DNA of 64,000 nt from Cyanidioschyzon merolae (lineage: Eukaryota), in NCBI GenBank assembly GCA_000091205.1, contig AP006501.2; one strand, 5' to 3'. Positions 13,044 through 22,538 of this stretch are shown here, in pieces. Each line of letters opens with the position of its first letter. Position 1 is the first letter of the stretch. The translations under genes were made by a program, and so were the position numbers. The notes under the pieces were generated by a model. That model had not been told where the DNA came from. It worked only from the letters and a program-made list of their open reading frames with translations, and ran no database searches.

Positions 13044-14065
13044 AGCGAAGCTGTACGGTCTAACTTGCGAACAAACCGCTCATTCCTTTTCTGGAACAAT
13101 CTCGTGGTGGAGGTCAAAAATTGCGGGGCTCTGCGAGGCGCACTGGCCCCATGCCATATCCTATCTGGGGGGTATTGCAGCGCTCGGCGGATGCACGCTG
13201 ATCTCGAGTGTCAAGCACGGTGCTGAGTTTGTGATGATGCAGGTATTTAGTTTTTGAGCGAGACTCATATTCATCGATACGTACTGTGTGTAATTTCACC
13301 GCGAATGGCGTGTTTCTTGTCGACAACTTCTGCATCAAAGCAAGTCATTGAGCTCGAAACTGGTAGGACTTGTGAGCTGTACGAGCGCCGTAAACATCGA
13401 ACACCTTACTCTGGATTCAGCAGGACACTCCGGTTACGTGAAGCACCTGCTGGAGAGAAGGGTTCAGGGTCTAGTCCGGAAGAGCACGTGGATGCTTTCG
13501 GACGCGATCCAAAGAAGGAGGCAGAGGCCTGGAAGGAGACGGCGCGCGAGCTCCTAGAAACAGATACTGTGCAGGAAGCTATCCACAAGCACATCGAGCG
13601 GGAACATTCGGGAGCGCAAGACGCTCCTGTGGATGTAACGGAAAAGCCGCAGCAGAGCAACTAGTTTTAGAAGGACAACTAGGGGTTAGAAATAGATTTG
13701 GAATTTAGCAGTTAAGAGTTCCGAGCGCCTACGTGGATGCACATAGCTCTCGTTATTCCGCCCGGGACGTATGCTCGCCAGAGCCGTGTCGATGGGAAAA
13801 GGAACACGGAACTGCAAGCTCTGCTCCTGTCTTTGCATGTTTGGAAACTATAGATGTGCAGCCTCGGCACAGAAAGTGCGGCGCTCTTGGCTCACGGTTT
13901 CATACGACGTGTAAGAATTCTCAATCATATTTCTGGAGTGGCACCTTCGACGCTATGAAGCAGGAATTCGTTACATCAATGCCTGCAAGATGATTTTCGA
14001 CACCTTCGAACAAGGGTCCGTAATATAACCAATACCATTATCTAGTCAATTCGCACAAGCCTCAA

Positions 14066-15940
14066 TTGCTCTCCGTTCTTCACGTGCAGTATTCTCAAAT
14101 CACGCGTTCTTCATGTTTTAGTCTTTCTTCTTCAAGGTACTTCGGGGGTTCTGCAATGTGCCCCGATGGATTGGTGAGGAACAACATGAGATGTCGACCT
14201 TTGACGACTTGTTCACAAGGTCATGCCGAAAGTCAGCTGAACCTTCCACGCCAAGTAATAAATTCTGTACGAAAGACATGTCCTTCTCTATTTGCAAATT
14301 ACGAAGAAACCGTATTTTACAACAGCACAATGGTTCCCAGAGAATATGCTCCCAGCGGCTTTCGTCTCTTGTGCTTTAATGGAAACGGGTCTTGGACCCG
14401 GGCCTCTCTCGAAAAGGCATTTGGGCCATCGTCACTGCCATCACCAACGATCGGCAGCATGAACAGGCGAAAGAATTTTTCGACAAGAAGACATCACGCA
14501 GGGGAAAGAATGAAGCTTATGTGATCGGTTCGGCTATTCAAGAGTACCGTGCGGTCTTGGGGCTAGCGAATCTCGCAGAAAAGTCATCAGATATGAAAAA
14601 AAGGTGATGAAATGCGCTGTCCCCTCATCCTGCGCTATTTCTTGTTCTTTGACCGAGAACTCGAAGACAAGGCCGGAAAGGAGCTGGGTGTAGGAAAAAA
14701 AGAAGAGTCGGAGAGACAGAAGGCTGCCCTAATGGGGAAGCGCTTCAAGGTCGTTCCGTTATGCAACATCAAGTCATACTTTGTGACAATCAACTCCAGA
14801 GTCTATTTCGGCATCATGAGGGATATCTATGAGGAGTTCGGCGTAAACAGGGAGGAGTTCAGCGGCGAAAATCGGGACACGTACCGGAAGAGTATCTTCT
14901 ATTTAAAAAGTGTCAAAACGAGCAAGCAAAAGAAATTCACATGGATGGTCGAAAGCGATGAAGTATCCATGTGTGTACACTTTCGGCGCTTGAAGGCGAA
15001 TCGTCCTGTTCCGTCCTCGGCTTCGCCCCTGAGGAAGCATGCAGAAAAGAAAGAGGCGGATCCTGCTACGCAGAAAGTGCAGGATAACGACTTTGTCGTT
15101 GGCGCGGACCCAGGGGACACGAATATAATAGCCATCGCAGTATCGAAGCGTATGGTAGATGTGACTGACGGCAACTTACGTCATAAAGACATGCGTCTCT
15201 TAAAGTTCTCGAGAACGAGATATCACCGAGAATCGGGAATAATGAGTGCGAGGGAAAAAATTTAGGAAGAGAATTCAGGAGTGAAAGAGCGCCTGGAAGC
15301 TATGAGCGAGGTGACTAGCCGAAAAGCGGACTTTCGAGCTTTTCTGAAATTCATGGAAGTTCGCGTTGCTCTTTGGGAGGCGCTGTGGAAAGAGTATACA
15401 AAGCCACGATGGGCTCGTTTGTGAATGAGCTTGTACTGTGTGAAGCAGCGGGCATTCGCCAACTTTTTCAATGAGTTGAGTGCCTTGAAAGAGGACGAGA
15501 GTCAAAGGCACGTAGTAGCATTCGGAGCAGGGTGCTGGGCATCGAAAAAATGGTGTACACCAGCTCCAACGACGAGAACGTACAAGGAGCGTGCACGGCG
15601 TTTTGCCACAATACCAATAGATGAGTTCCAATCGTCCAGTATTCACCATGAGTTGGGATGTACACTTCAGACGGTCGAGATGGATTAGTGTCAGCGGCGC
15701 GGTGACGATATAAAACAGTACGGAGCGCTGACGGAAGAGCAAATGGAAAGGACGGCGAAAGTTCGAGGATTGCTTACGTTAGTGAGTACAACCACCGGGA
15801 GGAAACGTGTGAAGTTTGTGAACAGGGAATTTAACGCCGCCATCAATATAAGGAGATGTGCGGTGATGGAAATAAGACCTCCAGAGTTGACAAGAGTGAA
15901 TTTTTGGGAGAACCTCTCAAATTATACGAGAAGAAATTGA
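14066..15940 (+). pseudogene. TnpB/Fanzor-like RuvC-fold nuclease gene (OrfB-type, IS200/605/607-like), copy A. One continuous reading frame interrupted by five in-frame stop codons.
   Basis: All ORF pieces (14066-14524, 14612-15265, 15425-15688, 15743-15940) lie in the same frame. They are separated only by stops at about 14522 (TGA), 14594 (TGA), 15263 (TAG), 15422 (TGA) and 15689 (TAG). The segments between the stops translate to sensible protein. It has a RuvC-I-like motif FVVGADPGDTNIIAIAV (about 15092-15140), a pre-zinc-finger block RRFATIPIDEFQSSSIHHELGC, and a RuvC-III-like motif KFVNREFNAAINIRR (about 15809-15856). Length (about 620 aa) fits TnpB/Fanzor. Confidence 0.55.
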
Positions 15941-16091
15941 AGCCAGTAGTAAGTGGCCAGTCTAAAAAGGCTGGGAAGCGTCTGCACATCGGCTGGAGAC
16001 GTCTAGCGTAGAGCGCGAGGCGCGCAACTACTGCACCGCTGGTGGCAACGTCTGACTTTTGAGGCGTTCGTTATTGCCAGCGTTGGCTGTG

Positions 16092-16799
16092 ATGGAGGGC
16101 CCGGAGGCAAACCCTTCGTGTTCAGAGGTCTTGACACCCTCAAGCGCACTGCCTAGAGCTGAAGCGACACGCACGGCGCTCGGGTGGTTCTGGTTCCGGG
16201 TGCGGACGTGTTTTGGACAAGGTGACGCTGCGACTCAAAAATTAGAGCAACGATCTTTCGTTCAGCGACTGTTACCTCTGTGCACACTAGTGCTCACTTT
16301 GTGCTTAGCGTTCACGCTTTGGAGGGCTTTGGTCCTGTGGACCTACTCCGAGTCCCCAGTCGTTGTGGTGCTCAGTGGCAGCATGGAGCCAGGTATTCAC
16401 CGCGGGGATATCCTATTTCTTTACAACCGCACCGCAGCTGAAAGGCCTTTACGTGTCGGTGATATGGTTGTTTACAGTTTGCGTGACCGCAGTCTGCCGA
16501 TAATCCATCGCATTATTGAAGTTCATAGACGAGCTTCCGAGAGCATAGGCGATGGCACAAGGGCATCAAACTCTAGTATCCTGGAATATTTCCTTACAAA
16601 AGGGGATAACAACTTCGGTGACGATCGAGGTCTCTACCCTGCTGACAAGAAATGGCTGCTACGCAGTGACGTCATTGGACGGGTTATCTTTACTATCCCG
16701 AAAGTTGGCATGCTGACGATCCTGATGAATACACACAAATGGTTAAAATACGCCCTGATAGGACTGCTGTCACTCACCCTGCTCTTCATATCAGAGTGA
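16092..16799 (+). CDS. SEC11: Signal peptidase complex catalytic subunit SEC11 (S26B peptidase)
   Basis: N-terminal TM anchor followed by VVLSGSMEPGIHRGDILFL (catalytic Ser in SGSMEP), IIHRII (catalytic His) and GDNNFGDDRGLY. Start is set at the first ATG (MEGPEAN), because the ORF-track start is TTG. The true start is uncertain. Confidence 0.85.
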   Translation: MEGPEANPSCSEVLTPSSALPRAEATRTALGWFWFRVRTCFGQGDAATQKLEQRSFVQRLLPLCTLVLTLCLAFTLWRALVLWTYSESPVVVVLSGSMEPGIHRGDILFLYNRTAAERPLRVGDMVVYSLRDRSLPIIHRIIEVHRRASESIGDGTRASNSSILEYFLTKGDNNFGDDRGLYPADKKWLLRSDVIGRVIFTIPKVGMLTILMNTHKWLKYALIGLLSLTLLFISE

Positions 16800-16819
16800 G
16801 TCAAAGAGGCAGGCCGCCC

Positions 16820-17782
16820 TTATGCAACTCCAGGGCCACTGTGTGCTTCAATCGGTGTGAGCGTTATGATGCTCAGTGCATGGATTCTTCTGGAATTAAG
16901 CTCCTCGCTCAAAAGAGCATAAACCAGCTTGTGTCGTTTCACCTCGGGCATGTCTTTGAAGGTATCGCTCACAATTTTGATTGTAAAATGCGTCTCGCCT
17001 CGTCGCTCATGGGCACCTTCGTGACCTCGATGCTTTGCGGAGTCATCACGAATTTCAATCAAGTCTGGTTTCAATACCTGAAGCTTGTTTTCGATGACCT
17101 CCTTCATGGATACCTTGCCATTTGCTGTGGACTGCATAGAGTTTGCCTCACCCATGCCGAGCATTCTGGCCTTTTCTTGCATTGTCCGTAGCATGTTCAG
17201 AAAACCGTTCGTACGGCCTGGAGTCAAACTCACACCCAGACCCGACTCTTTGATAAAGTCAGGCGTCACCGCACATACCTCTTCCACACTGTATCCACTG
17301 AGGCCTCGAATAAGGAAAGCAACAAGCCCCTTGGTAAGCTGTGAGTCAGAGTCACCAATAAACTCAACTTTGCCTTCCTTATCCAAGAAGGCATCTACGT
17401 GCACGACGCTGAGACAGCCCCGTACGCGGTTTGCGAGCACTCTGCGCTCGCGCGGAAACGGTGGCAGGGTCGACGCCATGTGCAAAAGCTGCTGAACCCT
17501 CAGCTTTTGGTCGCCAAGTTTCTTGAAGGCATCCACAAGCCCTTGGAGTTTTTCAGTTGTCCTGCTCTGTCCACTGTGGTTGCCGGGGTCCTCATTCCCA
17601 CAGGCTCGCAAAAGAGCGAGTCTTGCCGTTCGCCGCCTTTGCGCCCGCACAAAGCGCGGCTGAGAGAAACTCGGACGCTCTCCAGAACTCGAACAACCTC
17701 GAAACCTTCTCTGGGTTCGCAGAGCAGTTGGATTACAGGCAAAAGCAGGACCTGAACAGCCGCCACCGCATAAGCGCGCCAT
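16820..17782 (-). CDS. SUFE: SufE-domain protein with C-terminal BolA domain (plant SUFE1-like architecture), N-terminal presequence
   Basis: SufE core spans LPPFPRERRVLANRVRGCLSVVHVDAF through GRTNGFLNMLRTMQEKA, with the conserved Cys in RVRGC. This is followed by a BolA-like domain (HRGHEGAHERRGETHFTIKIVSDTFKDMPEVKRHKLVYALL). The N-terminus is R/S/A-rich, like an organellar targeting peptide. True ATG start. Confidence 0.8.
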   Translation of the reverse strand: MARLCGGGCSGPAFACNPTALRTQRRFRGCSSSGERPSFSQPRFVRAQRRRTARLALLRACGNEDPGNHSGQSRTTEKLQGLVDAFKKLGDQKLRVQQLLHMASTLPPFPRERRVLANRVRGCLSVVHVDAFLDKEGKVEFIGDSDSQLTKGLVAFLIRGLSGYSVEEVCAVTPDFIKESGLGVSLTPGRTNGFLNMLRTMQEKARMLGMGEANSMQSTANGKVSMKEVIENKLQVLKPDLIEIRDDSAKHRGHEGAHERRGETHFTIKIVSDTFKDMPEVKRHKLVYALLSEELNSRRIHALSIITLTPIEAHSGPGVA

Positions 17783-18866
17783 AGTGGGTGCCTCACGAGA
17801 AAATAAGCGCGCTCCGCTTGACGAGTTTCAAGACAGAGTTTCTTTGTCGCAAAAATTTATACGCTACGATCCGAGGTCTTTCGCGAGGAGTCGCTGTCAA
17901 GAGACGCACCCCCAGCCGCGTAACGCATGGTATTTTAGATACTTCCGAGCGATACACGGTTTAAATCAATCATGAGGCAAGGGGGTTAGATATTCGACGT
18001 TTGAGCAGCAATGATATGGGCAGTTTTTGGAGAGTGAAAAATGCGTCCAAGGGGCTCCTCTATACGGCCATAATGATGGTAGTGCTTTCTCTGTGGGTGC
18101 CATGCACTGTTGACGAGGGATCCAGAGCTAGCAGCAGGACATTCGTGGCGAGTATTCAGGCGAAGGACACCTTCACGATCATAGGCGATCCATGTGCTAT
18201 GAAAGACTCGTACAATGCGCAGCGAGCTTCGATTGCAGACTTTGCTACGCAGCCAAGCATGCCGCTGGCTGCCGCGCAGTATGCGGGGTTCTTTTTCGGA
18301 GTCAAAGCCCCAGCACATGCGATACTTGGATGCAAAAAATTCATTGTGTTTATAGAAGTGCGGGCTTGTTCGTACCTTGGGGAATTCTCATAGCGCCTCT
18401 TAGACAAACCTGACGGCTACTTGCTTCAAAATTCGAGGCAGAAGCATTCATTCTAGACAATCTTTAGAATTGCGGAATCGAATCCAGATCTTTGTGGGCG
18501 CCCTAGATGGCTTCCCTCGTCGCTGGAGGTTCAAAGCGCAGCGCGATCTCCGGAGTATCTTCGTTTGGTGGGGCATCGCGCCTGGCATCCATTCCGCAGT
18601 CTTCCCGGTCTGTGAAGAATCGATCACTGGGGCCAGTCCCACAGGCAGACAGGAAAGCAGAAAGCCACGCGCAGAAGTTGGGCTACCAGGTAGGAACGCC
18701 CGCAAGCCTGCGCGGATGCAGACATGAACGTAGGCACGCGTCCGTGCATTTACACACACTAACGGACATAAAGGCAAACAGCAGGATAAAAATCCTGGAA
18801 GGAGGGGAGTTCAGCTCTTGGATAGCCCATGTGAAAGGAACGAGGCCGAACTCGCTTGCATATGCA

Positions 18867-20681
18867 TCAAGCTGAGGGTTCAGCGCACAATTCGGAACGA
18901 TTTGCCGAGGCCAAAACTGGCAGCGTTGCATACTGGCTATCAGCCATGCCGATAGCTTCCGCAATACCCCGGAAGCTCGGTTCTTCACCGTTGAGAACCG
19001 TAGCAAGAATTTCTCGCGGTTCTTTGGAAGCGCCGAAACGGAAAAACCCATTCCGTAAAAGCTCCCCTGCAGCCGCCATAGATAACTTGGAATCACGAAA
19101 CAGCCGATTCCATACTTCTGCTGCGAGTATTCTTGCCAAAAGGTAAGAATAGTAGCATCCTCCATAACCAATGATATGCGGCATATATGGGATTCCATCC
19201 CGATACAAGACTTGTTCCAAGCGCCCGTATTCCCGAACGACCTCAGCGATAATTCTTTTGATCTTCGATCGCGCCTCATTACCCCATCCAAAATGATCAT
19301 GGGAGTGGAGTGCCAGGTCCAGCGCCGCGAAAGGCGTCTGCAGAGCTATCTCCGCGACAACGGCCTCCTGTCTCGCCTCTTCAAGTTCTGCCAAAAATTG
19401 ACGTGGCCCATTTGGGGCGAAACGGCGCATCCAAGCAGCATCCCACGCAAAGTTTTCCATGAGATGGCTCGGGATTTCCACAAAATCCATTGGACCGCGA
19501 GTTCCAGAGAGGTGCTGGAAGCGCGTTCTCGACATAATCGTATGTAAAACATGTCCAAGTTCATGCAGGAGAGTCTCCAACTGATAATGTTGCATCCCCG
19601 CTTTTCTTATTATAGGCGGAAAATCACAGACAATGGCAGCGCTCGGCAGCTGACTGGAGCCATCACGTAGTCGACGACTCCCTCGTAACGCGTAGTGCGC
19701 TGCTCCCGGCATCTTGCCATCGCGAGCAAACAAATCAAAAAACACCTCGCCGACGAAGTTCCCGTTCCGCGCGTCCACCAACATAGCGTGCTCTACGCTT
19801 GGATGCCAGATGACTCCCCTGACTTGGTTTTGACGGAGCCGATAAATGCGAATTCCAAACAACTCACAGAGTAAGCCGCTCAACACTTCTAGAACCGAAT
19901 CAACACCAAGATATGGCTGGAGTCGGCGAGCCAGCGAGCTGCATCGTGAGCGTTGAAGGGAAAGGCTATCATGCTGGCGCTTCCTTCGCACCTCATTCAA
20001 CATCGAAGAAACTGAGTTGAGAAACGATACTACGCCATGGGGGTGGCGAAGCAACTTGTCGAGAGCTACGAAGTGAGCATATGATGGGTACGATAGCACC
20101 TGTGCGAGCTCTGATCGCTTATTTAGCAAAGCAGTGAGCGAGTTCCAGGCGATGTTCACATTTGCGGACCCGAAACGCTTCCCGGGGCTTTTCTCCGCAT
20201 CTCGGAATACCGCTGTGACGCGCATGCTCCATTCGAGGATTTCATTCTGTACTGCGGCGACGTGTTTACGCTTTGATGGCGATAAACTTGCTCCTCCGCG
20301 CAAAGCAAAGTCGCGTTGCAACGAGCGGACCAGTGCTTGCTCCTCGCAGGTTACTGCGTCCTGCTTGCGGAGCAGTGCTCCACACAGATTCTCGTCACAG
20401 TTCAGCTCTTGCATGTATTGAGAGAGTTCCCTAAACACACTCTCGCTCGCCTCCACGTGTTCAGGCTCCGCTGATACGTTCCGAGCCAGTTCGGAAGCAT
20501 CGAGTACCTGGCAGAGAGTGTCTGAGAGCTCGTCGAAATCCTGGAGCACGCTGCCTTCGCGGTTAGAGAGGATCTTGTATACCAGATCATTGCACGCTTT
20601 GAGTGTCTGGTGCTTAATTGTTTGCCAGTCTTGAGGCACGTGTAGACCTCTCAAGCCAAACAAGCCTCTGGAGCATAGCAT
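18867..20681 (-). CDS. M3-family zinc metallopeptidase (mitochondrial intermediate peptidase / thimet oligopeptidase-like)
   Basis: HEXXH zinc site in LLHELGHVLH, followed downstream by E in the M3 arrangement. The 604-aa colinear M3A fold has a conserved C-terminal GGxYYSYL-type block (GGCYYSYLLARI). The N-terminus MLCSRGLFGLRGL resembles a mitochondrial presequence. It is somewhat short for M3A, so an upstream exon is possible. Confidence 0.85.
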   Translation of the reverse strand: MLCSRGLFGLRGLHVPQDWQTIKHQTLKACNDLVYKILSNREGSVLQDFDELSDTLCQVLDASELARNVSAEPEHVEASESVFRELSQYMQELNCDENLCGALLRKQDAVTCEEQALVRSLQRDFALRGGASLSPSKRKHVAAVQNEILEWSMRVTAVFRDAEKSPGKRFGSANVNIAWNSLTALLNKRSELAQVLSYPSYAHFVALDKLLRHPHGVVSFLNSVSSMLNEVRRKRQHDSLSLQRSRCSSLARRLQPYLGVDSVLEVLSGLLCELFGIRIYRLRQNQVRGVIWHPSVEHAMLVDARNGNFVGEVFFDLFARDGKMPGAAHYALRGSRRLRDGSSQLPSAAIVCDFPPIIRKAGMQHYQLETLLHELGHVLHTIMSRTRFQHLSGTRGPMDFVEIPSHLMENFAWDAAWMRRFAPNGPRQFLAELEEARQEAVVAEIALQTPFAALDLALHSHDHFGWGNEARSKIKRIIAEVVREYGRLEQVLYRDGIPYMPHIIGYGGCYYSYLLARILAAEVWNRLFRDSKLSMAAAGELLRNGFFRFGASKEPREILATVLNGEEPSFRGIAEAIGMADSQYATLPVLASANRSELCAEPSA

Positions 20682-20960
20682 AGGCGTGAGTGCTGCTACC
20701 GCGCTAACTAGGTACGCTACTTTGGGTTAAGCGTACTCGCCGCGTCACAGGTGCACGTCCGAGAACCTCAAACGGCAGTCACAGGAGACATATTCAAAGA
20801 GACTGGTAAACTAGTTTCATTTTGCCCTTATTTCGGCCCAGTAGGTGCTTTCTAAATACGAAACTCCCCGGACGCAAGCACAGCAAAAATAAAACCCACA
20901 AGCGAAAGAATCTAATAGATGCTAATCTGAGGAGCGAAAATCGTATCAAAACCATAGTGG

Positions 20961-22466
20961 TCAATAAATGTATTCACGCGCAGACGATTCCCAGCCTTTT
21001 TCGACCGGCAGACTGCTGTCGGCCGGTCGAAAAATGTACACTTCGGGTCTGCGAGGCTTCCACACGAAGTTAGATCGCCTCAGCTCTGCGGCCCTCGTCT
21101 CCAGCACCGCAAATCGTCTGATATTAATAGCAGTGCTGAAGTCTCGGTTCACAAACTCCATGCGTTTGTTGCCGCTGGTTGAACTCACTAGTCTAAGGAT
21201 TCCTCGAACTCGAGCGCTCAGTGCCATTTGGTGCTCTGTCAACTCTGCGTGATTTTCTATCGCCGAGCCGCTCCACCGGCTCCTCTCCATCTCGTTCTTC
21301 TGAAGTATACGCACAGTTCATCCAAAGGGTTTTTTTCCTGAAACGAACGTACTTCCTCCCGTCCTTAAGTCAGGAGTTTCCCGGAGGATCGAAAGACTTG
21401 GAAAGTAAAGACAAAATGTGTCCCGATGTGTTACCGTGTGCTGAAAGCTTCAGCGATTCGCCCACTAGAACGATCACTACGTTTCACGATAGAAAACACT
21501 CCTTCGATGAGCTTTAACGACCGAGCGCATGCAGAGATAGAAAGCAGCTCTTCCCCGATTGCATTGGTAAAAGCTCAAACGCAAGAAGAATGGTGAAATA
21601 CCACGTTTTCCAATAGAATGACGTCGCTGGACGTCAGGAGAAAGTCTTCAATGATTCGCCAAAGTGGTCGGTGCTGTTGTATGAGCCTTTTCGATGAGCG
21701 AAACTGAGGCCGCAAAATGAATCTACTGCAGTTAGAACAGATAATGATGTCCTCGTTCTCATCGAGCTCGATCGTACATACAATGCGATTCCTCTCCGCA
21801 AATACTCATACACGCTTCGAGCGTATCGTTTGAAGTAAGTCATATTGACTGAAGAAACAAACCGACGTCCCCGTGCTTCATACCGATCGCGACGTGTCAG
21901 GACTTGTGTTCGAGCGATTCGGCGGAAGATGGCCATGCATGCATTTGGACTTTTTTTGCGACTGGATCTCAGTATTTTGATGACCACATATACAGTCTGG
22001 TGTGAAACAGGAACACCAGTAGTAAATCGTATCGACGCCTTTTGCTTTCCCTAGAGTGATCAACGGATCGTCTTCTAGCGTTGAGAGCAATCATGCTTTA
22101 AGAATATCGATTTTGGCACGAAATGCTTTCAATCTTTTCTTTCAGTGTTCCACCACCATCTGTGTTCTCCGCTACGAATGAGCTGAAGGTAAATGCAGTC
22201 CTCGTTGCAATTTTCAGTAAATGATATATCTTGTAAGCAATTCGTCTGTGATCTATGCGGTACATTGATCTGTAATATCCATCTCCATCTAGACAACACA
22301 GCGGAGCCGAAACAGAATTGAGTTGAAAGCCGCTCGCGTACGGCACTGAGCGCCGCGCACGCAATTTCGGGATTCCTTGCGCGTTGCAGACCGCACTCTG
22401 CAGTTGAACGCGTTGAGGCCAGTGGACGCATTCATAGTGTCGAGTGCGTGGACGTATTGTTTGCAT
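20961..22466 (-). pseudogene. TnpB/Fanzor-like RuvC nuclease gene, copy B, degenerate (frameshifts, catalytic-site substitutions)
   Basis: RuvC-III-like MEFVNRDFSTAINIRR sits at about 21122-21160 (-). A homolog of the copy A pre-zinc-finger block (YEARGRRFVSSVNMTYFKRY versus YKERARRFATIPIDEFQSS) is in ORF 21634-21987. A possible RuvC-I remnant FVAENTDGGGT is in ORF 22098-22466. The pieces lie in different frames. Confidence 0.45.
20997..21034. other. Perfect 13-bp-stem inverted repeat (hairpin) with 12-nt loop inside the 3' end of Fanzor-like copy B
   Basis: Read directly from the sequence: tttttcgaccggc (20997-21009), loop agactgctgtcg, then gccggtcgaaaaa (21022-21034). The second arm is the exact reverse complement of the first. 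Confidence 0.9.
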
Positions 22467-22538
22467 AAAAAGCGAGCTCTCTATGAGGTGTTTACGTAAG
22501 TCACTGCTAGATTTGTAGCTCCTGGACTCCTCTATTCG

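Noticed and set aside
14066-15940. Stop-codon reassignment or programmed readthrough explaining the in-frame TAG/TGA codons in copy A
   Set aside because: Conserved host genes in the same window terminate at TAG (class III ADH) and TGA (NVL) exactly where homologs end, so both codons are used as stops.
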